Below are positions 48,197 through 58,847 of a DNA stretch of 64,000 nt, in pieces. Position 1 is the stretch's first letter; every line of letters begins with the position of its first letter. Under the pieces are notes generated by a model. The model did no database searches, had not been told where the DNA came from, and was given only the letters and a program-made list of their open reading frames with translations. This DNA comes from Fimbriosthenelais zetlandica. Taxonomy: Eukaryota. The DNA lies in the NCBI GenBank assembly GCA_977030845.1, contig OZ365110.1, positions 25,606,001-25,670,000 of the forward strand, given 5' to 3'. A program made the translations under genes and the position numbers.

Positions 48197-48376
48197 CTGG
48201 ACACACAAAAACAAGGTGGATTCTTCGACCATCGACTGAGGGGCACAGGTAGATGAATGAGCGATAATACAGGATGATACTATGTTAGTTCTTCTATCTT
48301 CCGCTCGCGGAAGCACTGTACTGAGGACGAGGCCCGCCGGAAGTTAAGTTTCTCACCAAAGATCAACAACAACATG
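48197..48376. promoter_or_regulatory. Bidirectional promoter: FBXO41 non-coding exon 1 (-, donor at 48197) and the unknown gene ATG (+, 48374)
   Basis: CpG-rich. ETS motif CCGGAAGT at 48337-48344, a second gcggaag at about 48307, and YY1-like aacATGGCG over the + strand start. Confidence 0.7.
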
Positions 48377-51300
48377 GCGGCCACTGGAGAGCGAAGTACG
48401 CGACGGCGGGAATTTCAAGATCAAAACAAGCCGATTAGAAATAATTTCGACTATATGCGGCATCAAGGAGACTGCATGAGACGTCAGGTATTGGAAAATA
48501 GACGAGAAACGATATGCACCGAGGTGAGATTTGTTCAAATATTCGTTTTATCTTGTGATCATTGGCCATCCTATCAAGGACAAGGGGGCCGGGGACGATG
48601 AGAGTGAGAGGAGGGTTTGAATGGAGGGGACACCTGCCACAGGTAACGGCTGGAGCCTCTCTCACCCGTGACCGTCTTAACAATAATGTTGCTTGGTTTG
48701 GATCTCTGTAGTGTTTAGAGTTCAAGTTGGTAATTGGACGGTTTGTTCAATCCGCGTTTGTTTTAAATGCAGGAACTACAACAGTACATTCACTAGTCTA
48801 GTCTAGTCTACAGACTACACTACAGTACCGTACAGACAGTTGTTCCAAGACCAAGTTATAAGTACTTAGGCCTACAATTTAAACAAGGACGACACATAAA
48901 ATTTCTGATATCACTGGTTTACCTTACAATTAAACTTAAGATAGCAATATGATTTGGAATCTTTTGGCTGCATGATATTTATTTTTGGCAAGATGAGTGC
49001 TGATGGTACATTGTCATTGTCATGAATGATGTGTATTGACTATAGGCTGATGTGTAGGCTAGTAAGTAGGTTAATGTGTGGTCTTATTATGTAAGAACAT
49101 GTTTAATTGATTTGTTAAGAGGTTACGCTATATGGTGTTATTATAACCTCTATTCATAAGGTAAAATTATAGCATAGGGACGTAGCCCTGACAATGGCTT
49201 TTGTGTCTTGATGTTTTCCTGGCCGCCTGGGGATAAAATATAACCAAAATGAGGACAGAACGAATTTAAACTAGTCTATGTCATGCTATATTTTATTCAT
49301 CAGATAATTATATGGGTTGAGTCACGGCCAACCGCCAAAATTTACCTAGAAAAAAAGTTTGTTTGGTTTAAATAACGAAGCCATTGATGGTCTAACTACA
49401 TCCATGACACTTGGTTTATTTGACACATGCATCAAACTTATTGCTCATACCTGAGGAACACACATTAAATTAAGTGGTTAAGTGGCATACCCTTACATGA
49501 TGGTACCCTAAAGATAAAGTCTATTGTATCATATTTATATTACTTTTGCCAGGCCACACGCTGTGATGTCACTTTCTATTGTTTCATGAATTAGTGTACC
49601 ACAAAAGGTGTTGTCACCCTACACCACACTCTGACACTTTCAGTGACAGTTCACTTGTACATAACAACTTGCAATTGCAATTGTCATTTTCATACTAATC
49701 CTCTTTGTCTAAGAAACCCGGATTAGCTATCTGAGTATCAGTTTACGTGATGTATCAGTTTTAGATTGGTCTTTATTGTTTTCCTAGGTAATCTATCGAC
49801 ATTTTCATAATAATCTTGATATATAATGCGAGCGTAATATGTGTCAAAATTGTATTGAAGAATGGGTAAACGTATTCTAAATTATGTTCTCTAAGGATTT
49901 GAAAGGGAAATGAGAACAATATGTTCATGATGTTTCTGAAGCCGAGACATTTAAGGAATGGTTATGCATTGTCTTTCTAATTGATTTCCAAGGCTACATT
50001 TATTTTTTCGCACGGGATCTCTTTTTGAATTTTCTGCTTGAATTGTGCCTTTTAATCCCAGTCACATTGTGTCAACATTAAAACCAACGTATCGACATTC
50101 CAACCGTTTATACCCACTAGTTAAACATGACCTTTGGCTTACAAGTACACTCTCTCTCCTCTCACCTGCCTCCCTCCACCCATCTCTATTCACCTCTGTA
50201 TCTATTTACATCTACATACATGTAGACTGTAGGTCTTCTGATTCCATCGCTTCAGCCAGCCCGCCCATCCGTCCATCAATTTCTCACGTATACCCGGCTT
50301 TCATTCATGCAGATTCCCCCACCCCCTTACAGTCTCAGTCTTTTTGATTGCTCATTCTACACCTGTCTTCAGTCCTATACAGTCAGCCTCCTCCACATAT
50401 ACTACCCATATCTTACCTTGATTTTATAGCCTCTCCACCTCCTTGACCCAATACCCGCCCCCCCCCCCCCCCGTCAGCCACCTGTTCCTCTAACAATTAC
50501 ATGTATGCACCTGCCTGTAAACTATTTGCACAACCCAAAAGTTTCATCTTCAAGTTTGTACCTCAGTAACCTGTACAGGATTTTCAAGATTATTCGATCC
50601 TTCAGGGTACATCGACTTAATCGTTTTTTAATCGATTTAAATAGGATCTATATTTCAAAACCTATTGTCTATAAATTAAACCTAATAATTTTATTACCCC
50701 ATGTTTCAGCGCAAGATATATTCCTCTAAGAAGATTGTATTCTTTTAACCAATCAAGTATAGCTAACCCATATTTATTTTTTGGGTGATTAAAAATACCG
50801 GTACATTCAGAATTGTATGAAGTTCATGCGTTTTCTTTTTTTAAATTTCAGTTACGTCGGAGTCCTCGTAACCATGCAGCTAGTAGAACCAGTATGTCTC
50901 GTCTCCAGCCTCTTCGCGCCGTCCATGATTTCTCCTCCAAGTCCTCCTCCACCATCACCACCTCGTCCACCCTCTCCATCCCTCACCATCCTCCGGGATT
51001 TGTGCTGGAGAAGTCCTCTGTACCCCGCTCACTCCGCAACCTCCGCCGCCTCTCACTCCCTCTCAAACCCGCGCCGGCCAGTCTGGCCAAAACGGGAAAT
51101 AATGTCTCCCCTCCAAGAAAAAGACTGTGCAAACTAGAGGAGATTTCACCCAGTAAACTTAATACCCCGCCTACAAGCTGCATGGGGGGTGAGCATTTTT
51201 AAAGATTCATTTGAATGTGGTTTATTTTGAATTTTATCGATTTCTTGTAAAATTTGTAAAATTTCTCTTTCCATCCAGATTTTATTTTAGCTCTATTTAG

Positions 51301-51869
51301 CTGTGGAATGTAATTATTTTGTCCGATATATAAATTTAAATTGTGTAATTTGTTTATTATTAGGTCCGTTAGTACGGCCGTCAAGCATGAAGAAAATGAG
51401 GAGGACTCTCTCTGGAGGTGTTCAAAAACCATGGAAAAATCTTAGAGGAAGCATTCGGCAGAAGGTGGCTGATCAGGTGTGCTATTAGTGTATTCAATAT
51501 AGATCTATGTTTTTTTCACATAGTGGGCACTGGTAATTAAAATAAGTGAAATAAATCATTTGTAATGTGTCTATTTTCAGCTGAAGTAACATGTTCTTTC
51601 TGTGTCAAATTACCTTGACGTGTCTTTTATAAATACCTTAAACAACTATTGGCTAGTTTAGTTTTATAAGGCAACATTTATTTTTATGGAGGAAAGAGTA
51701 TTATAAACCTATTATATTTAAACATATAATTTATGATTAAATTATTTAGGTTCGTGCAAGTGTAATGCGGGGGAAGCAGGATTATGCTCTTCCTAACGTC
51801 ACTGGCCAGCTAGATTATCTGCGCTTCATATCAGCGCAACAAGAACCTGACCAAGAGGAGGACGCTACT
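48374..51869 (+). CDS. N-terminal exons of an unidentified protein (basic, Ser/Pro-rich, with CDK-type SP/TP sites); continues downstream
   Basis: Phase-consistent exons 48374-48523, 50852-51188, 51364-51476 (or 51464) and 51750-51869 with canonical splice sites, giving about 240 aa (MAATGERSTRRREFQDQ...LRRSPRNH...SPPRKRLCK...DYALPNVTGQLDYLRF...). No family recognised. Confidence 0.75.
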
Positions 51870-52855
51870 GTAAGTTCACAAAAGATCTTGATTTTTATAA
51901 TATATAATCTGTTTTTGTACAAGTTACTCCCTCTTATCTAGATTTCCGCTGGTGTACCCTATCGCAGTTTTTGCCATAGAATTCTTTTGTTCACTATATT
52001 TGCAATGGACATTGGGTGTTAGAACTTGTCTTGGTATCACGGCATAAAAGTATGAATCACCATCAATCACCTGTGATGTAAACTTTCCATTTTAAGTGCA
52101 TTTACTGAGTGATAAATTTCCATCTCAGTCATGCAATCATGGGAAGTTTCTTGAGAGCCACCTGAGCCCCTGGTAATTAGCCCCGCCCCTCAAAACTATT
52201 ATTGATGAACTTGTTGGTGAACTGTGTGGCAACACTAACACTTGGCAATACAGGGAACTTTTAAGTTTGTCACTTGAATCCCAATAATATTATAATGTAT
52301 TTGGTTCCTCTGCCTAGTCAATATAATATAACCTCTCTCCTACATATTGGCTAGGCATAGGAACCAAATAAGGGGTCCGACCTATCCAATTCCCTCTCTA
52401 TTTAATCCTTCCACCACTGGTCGGCTTTGGTGGCACCAGTCTTTCTGGTACTTTGAACCAGTCCTAGTCCCTTACTGTGTTTGGCATGCAGGGTAATTAT
52501 GAGCGACTCATTGTTCCGCCTATTGACAATAGAGGGGGCTGCTGTGTATGAGCCGCTCAGTGCACTCAACCGAATGTTCATTTCAGGCCATAAGGGAATC
52601 TATCAAACTATTATTATGATCCAACATCCGTATAGCCTCCAGGTCCGGTTTATATGTGGTTTTTGCCAAGAGTTGAATTGAATCAGAGTGTAAAATCCCA
52701 ATATTATGGCATAATTATACATGCATATAGCTCTTTTCGCTTCTGGGTTACCTTGTTTCTATGATCCTCAGGATCTGGGGTTCATTTCAGGCTACATAGT
52801 AACATACACTGGTCAGCAAATACAGTATATAAAATGATTTTAATCATTTTATATA

Positions 52856-54095
52856 CAGTAGAACCTCTCTATTAAGGACAGGCTCCGTCGCACCTGATTT
52901 TGTCCGTAATGCGAGGTTGTCGTAATTGGGAGGAGGCTGCCTCCCAATACACAAACATATAGAGATGTGTATTGGCAAGTCAATAGTACTATCAAGGGCG
53001 CTGTATCAATGCGTTAATGTCTTACTACTATAGAAAAGAAACTAGAAAATGATATTAAGAACATAGAAACATTCCCTTATATATATTTTTCATTAAATCA
53101 AAAGACGGTATTATACAATACAATAATCACATAATTATTTTAATGATCAGAACAGTGAGTACTATAAATAGGCCTACTGTATGTGTGCTTTGATCCGCCT
53201 ATATAAGTCTATAAAAGTCTATAAATATCTAGTTTATAAAAGTCTATTTATAATTATATATAGAATAAATAAAATAAATAAAATCGTCATGCAGTAAAAT
53301 CGATGACAAATTTAATTATGAAGTTAGGAATACTTTTCCTAATTCTACTTTTTCAAAAAACTAGTGATATTAGTCTGATGTTTTGCTCTGTGGACTTTGT
53401 CTTTCTGGAAAATCTTCAGGGCAGACATGATATCGCGGAGACTGTTGTCATAGCCTCTCTTAAGGAAGTTGCGACGAAGTTTATCCAGCATCATATGAGT
53501 CGTCCCGGTTACCCCCTATCCTTCATCCTCCAAGCAGGCTGGAGTATGAAGGGGAGGGGGTAATAGAGCGACTTCTTTCCCATGTGTTGGGCAGGTAGGG
53601 AGGGAAGAATGTGAGGGAGGGAGGTGAGGGGACGGATTGGGAACAAGAATAGACAGTTAATGATTAATGATTAACAATAGATTTTTTGTTATATTAATTA
53701 TAATCCCTCCCCTCGTTACCACACCACCCCCTACCCCTACCCCCACCCCTAACATCCCTTCCTTCCACATCAAAGACTTGCGCCGACATAAAAACAGCAA
53801 CGGCGCGACAATCAAGCTTGACCGGGCGGAGCATTGTTTATTTAAGACGGGAGAGGTGTGAAAAGCTTATATCGCATGAGGGCGCGACTGTCAACTTGAC
53901 CTGAGTATAGAGGGTATTTAGGTTTTCGTTCCACAAAATGTTGTCCGTATTGCGAGGTGTCCGTAATAGCCTGTGTCCTTAATTGGGAGGGGAAATTAAA
54001 CATGAAATAGAGGGAAAAAATTCCGTTCCGGCCGAATTTGTCCGTTATGCGAGGTTGTCGTAATTGGGAGGTGACCGTATAGCGAGGTTCTACTG
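52856..54095 (-). mobile_element. Non-autonomous pogo/Tigger-like DNA transposon, 1240 bp, with a transposase C-terminal remnant
   Basis: TA-flanked TIRs CAGTAGAACCTC / GAGGTTCTACTG. The subterminal repeat ttgtccgt(a/t)(a/t)tgcgaggt occurs at about 52900, 53941 and 54039. Minus-strand remnant MMLDKLRR...KHQTNITSFLKK* at 53494-53345. Confidence 0.85.
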
Positions 54096-55413
54096 TACAT
54101 TGATTATATTTTCATTGATTATATTCTCCGCTCATTGCTGCAGATAGTGTCCAAAATCCTTGTAATTATTTGACACGCACCCTTATGATGAGAACAGAAA
54201 ATCGTTAATTGTCCCCAACCCACACCCTGACCAATATGAGGGGAGGATGTGTGGGACACATGGGGTGGTTTGGGAAGTGGAAGACCATCCTATGATATCC
54301 TATAAGTTATCAATACTCTTCTCGTAACAAGACAATCCTGTCTTCCTTGAAAGTGAAGTATTATAGGTTCAACTGTGTTGGAAGTTAAAAACACAGGATA
54401 CTCCTTTAAAAGGAAGCTGAGATCTGATGATATATTTTCCCAAATCATGCAGAATACAAACTTCGGATGATGACATCCATATATATTAATTTTGGCTTTT
54501 TCTCATTCGTTTTGTGGAATTTGTCAATTAAATGATCACTTGATGGAGATTACAAGTAGACTAGAAGATTAAGGACAAGTTTTGGATGAAAAGGTAAACT
54601 GTGGAAGGATGGCTTGTGAATTCATATTGATTTGAATGGACCCATGATACGTTATGGATCGTTTGGCGAGGTTAAGGGATCGTCCACTTACAATAACACA
54701 TGTAAGTAGCGTTCCTTCATCCCGAAAGCATATTTTTAAAAAATTGAACATCTGAGAAAACAATTATTTTTTAAACGTGTTGCCATCGTGGAGTGATTGA
54801 GGTTTTGGGAATATTAAACATGTGTATTGATTTCTTCCCAACTAAATTTTATCTTATTCCTGACACTGGATTGTTTAGTATACATGTAAGGTATACAATG
54901 CATTCGATTGTCATGGCATTTATGCCTGTCTATTTGATAGACAGGTGTCAATCATGTCCATGCTTGGCTTTAAGTTCTTTAAGTTTATAGTATATTTACT
55001 TTGTATGGAACTAAAGTCGATGAACTATTGGTCTTATTCACTTATTGTCGGTAGTATGACTAGTATCAATGTTCACAGTAGTTTCAAAGTCTATTCTATC
55101 TCTCATTGAAGTGATGGCCATCACCCTGGATGACCCTTATGTAATTGCAATCTCATTGTGAACCCTTTTCACTGAAAGGGAAAATCGAGATGATTAAAGG
55201 CATGCACTGACGGGATTATAGGGGAAGGTTTGGTTGGATTACTAGCATTAGAGTTTGTATTTATTTGGGGGATTGGGTCACAATTTATCCAGGCTTAAAA
55301 ATTATTTGGCAGTATCAGAGGGGATGATGGAAGGCGGGTAATTATATATGTCAATGCTGGTTATTACAGGCTACGGAATAATGGACCATTTACTTAGATA
55401 CAGCTGCTGGTTG

Positions 55414-55815
55414 CAGGGGTAGAGAAATAATTTTTTAGTCCACTGGTCAGGACCAGTAGGGGTAAAAATTCTACTGGTCCGCCTATCAGAAGCAACTGGC
55501 CACAATATATGACCCTAGTTTCTTTAATATTACACCTTTTTGACATCATTCATATTTACACACAGCATGCAAAAATATAAAATATATTGTCAGAAATTTG
55601 TCATTACTGTTTCACACACAAAAAAATGAAACCTAACCCCCGACCACAAGCATTATAATGGAATAGAGCAGATTGTTTGGCTACTGGTGTACTGTTAATT
55701 ACTATCCCGACATTATCTCATGCTGGACATCGGGCTAGTAAGGTTATTTTTTTACAAGACCAAAGCAAATTATTACTGGTCCTTGTCCTCGGACCAGTGG
55801 ATTTCTCTACCCCTG
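55414..55815. mobile_element. 402-bp MITE with 15-bp perfect TIRs and a 5-bp target-site duplication
   Basis: GGTTG-CAGGGGTAGAGAAAT ... ATTTCTCTACCCCTG-GGTTG, with subterminal (t)ccactggtc / gaccagt(gg) repeats. Confidence 0.88.
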
Positions 55816-58691
55816 GGTTGATCCCCTTTTTTCATTGTAATAATCATGGAAGTATCAGACGGGTACATATGTAGGAATTTGTTTATGAATCTATGATTTG
55901 CAATTTTATAAGCCATCTTCTCTGAGAAGGTAAAGGCTAGATTTAGTATTTCAAAAAATAATTCTAAAAAGTTTGGCCTAGTTCATATTGTATTCTATAG
56001 GGTAGAGTGAGATAGGTTAGTGATCGTCATGTATGTACATGACTAGATAAGTGTTTGTATGTATTCATTTCTGTTGAGGCAGCCAGTGGGATGATACCGT
56101 GGGATTACAGGCTACCAGCTGATGCCTTTATGTTAGTCTATCTGATGCTCATTTTTGAAAATTCTGGAGAGCGTAAGAGACGAGAGGACATAATAAGTCC
56201 TTTCAGAATTCCTAAAAGTATACTTTTAAAGTAAGATTCCGAGCAAGTTTCTCCGAACATGGATGTATGAGATATGCTTGGAACTGTTACCCTGTGATGA
56301 TGAAATTAATTCAGCGGTGTTACCAAATATGTGGACTCAATCACACAACTCGCGCAATGGAGATTAATTACTTGAAAAAACGTTAGGATCATGCACGGCA
56401 GTAATCTGCATAGCTTTTTTTTCCCAAAGAGAGTAAGGGACTATTGACAGGACCATGAAATAGATATTTTTATTTGCCCATTTGAAGACAACTTTCCCTT
56501 CCAGTAAGCAGATCGAAGGGAATCCACAATTTTTATCATTGTTGGAATTCCTAAACCTATTTTAAATTAAGTTATCTGTACTGAACATATTGTTTACCTA
56601 AGAGTTCAGTTATGTTAATATAACTACCCGCGATAAAGAGAAAGGGGGGTCATTAGACCCGTATACAAGTTACCATGGTAACTGATGTTAATAGGACCTA
56701 ATCATGAGATGAACATATCATCATGTGTCACTGCCATAAATGTGATATCTGCTGTACTGCGAAATCTTATTGTCCAATTTATTTTTGTGGGAGAAAAAGT
56801 GCATACTCTTTACGCAACTGCCTCAAGATCTGGCGTTTGGATGGAAATATCAAATGAGAAAAGATGGATTTATTTTGAGTTCTCTGGGATGTTATGTATT
56901 TATGAAACAAAAGAAAATTTTGTTTAGAACCATCCAAGAATATTTTGGTTCCACTGGTGACATAAAATGGGGAAGAATGCTCAGGAGTAGTTTCTTTAAT
57001 TCAATTCAAATAGGATTTCCGATTTTTGCTCGGATATTAATTTATTTCACTGCTATCTGCTAACCCCTTTTTTCTGTCTCGTCAATACCAAGTCCAAAGT
57101 ATGAGGACAGAATGAGTAATAGAGGGAGATTTTCTTCCCTATTGTACTTTTCACAAACAGTATTGTCGGTGAACCATGCCGGAGTACTAGGACTGCCTGA
57201 TCTGTGGAGCATGTCTATAGAGTGTGAGATCAGAACCCTGGCAGCATGTCAGTGCTTTACATCCTTTACGCTACATGTCCAAGTCTGAGGACCAGACTGA
57301 ATTAATGAGTATTGAATATGCCGGAGATAATGAACGCCTCTGGATTGTGTAGATCAACTTCCCTCATGTTCATAAATAACAGAATTCTGAGATATGTATT
57401 TTGCCCTTTCTATCTGATTACAAGAACTCGGATCATAATTTGATATATATATATATGCCTTTAGGGGGAAGACGATGATGATCAGCCCATTAGGCTGGGC
57501 TGATCATGTGTCTTGGGTCACTGGACCCAACTGACTCAGCTTGCATGACTGTTGCACATACAGACATGATCCTAAATATAGCTCTAAATTCAAGGTTAAT
57601 GAATGCCCCTTTCCATCTTATGTTTTAAAAATTCACTCCAAAAATACCAAACCCCATGGTATAAATAAGTTCCACTCCTGCCAGATCAGATACAAGTAAA
57701 AGGCCTAATTATGACGTTGCCACCCTGAGTACGTGAGATCTATTCCTCCATGGATATACACTACATGCATATACGGCACGATATATAAAAACTGTGACTG
57801 TTGCTGGGAAAAAACATCTCAGGAAAAATATTTAAGCATACGGTATTTAACTGCCACCTTGCTTTATCGCTAGTGGGTTTCGACTGTCACAAAGGATTGA
57901 CAACTAAACTAACTTTTACTGGATTATAGATAAGGGAAAAAACAAATTGCTTCGATTCATAAAGTTTTGGCATGACCAACCCCTGATATTTGCTGCTCGA
58001 TGGACTTTTTATTGAAAATATTATTGAAAATTGTCCATTACTGCACAATCAAATGCTCTTTAGAATTTTAGAGTCGGAAGAAAGAACGGAGACCCACCTT
58101 GGCCCGTTGGTGGCCAGAGAGATTGGGTTGAAGTTGAATGAAAACGCCTCAAATTTTAAATGACCCCTAGGGTTTAAGCTTTGTCACTGAGAATGCCTGG
58201 CGGTGTGACAAACGTTTGACCTGAATTAGAAGAATTCACTACATATGCCAGATGCCTGTGTCGATATGTCCTCACATCGGTCGGCTACTTATTGGAGTAA
58301 TTAATTCCTCAATACGAACTTAAATCCATAGGCTTATAAGCCCTGAGCCGGACTAGAAATGTGGAGAAATAGATATATTGCAAGTCCTATAGCATTTGCA
58401 AAAGTGGATATGGATATTTTTCTAATATCACATATGACTTCCAAAGACATTATTTCCATTATTGTTTCTTTGAAGAAAGTAGCAATCCGTTATCAATGAT
58501 TGATATCTCTAGCCTAGCATGAACTGAGGATTATGACAGGATAGGCCAACATGCAGAGCTAATTTAACTTTTGAAATCATGGAATCCAAAAAGAAAATAG
58601 ACTTGAATGCTCTATGGATATATATAATGCTAACATGGTAACCTCAGACAGTTTTCTGGTTGCCATGGCGACCGGTAGCCAGTGCTTTTCC

Positions 58692-58847
58692 ATGTCCTTG
58701 CTCCGGCCAAGATCAGGATCAAGGTCATCATTCCGTCGGCGATCAAGTCGGTCCGAATCTTCCGAGTCTTCGGAAGTCGAGTCTCCGACACTCATCATGG
58801 AAGACCTTGATCTCTTCTATTACATACAGATGGCTAATAGCCTGCAG
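58692..58847 (+). CDS. Candidate alternative first coding exon (52 codons) of the + strand unknown gene
   Basis: MSLLRPRSGSRSSFRRRSSRSESSESSEVESPTLIMEDLDLFYYIQMANSLQ ends at a strong donor cag|gtgagg in phase 0. It is GC-rich relative to its flanks and preceded by X-box-like palindromes. Confidence 0.55.
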
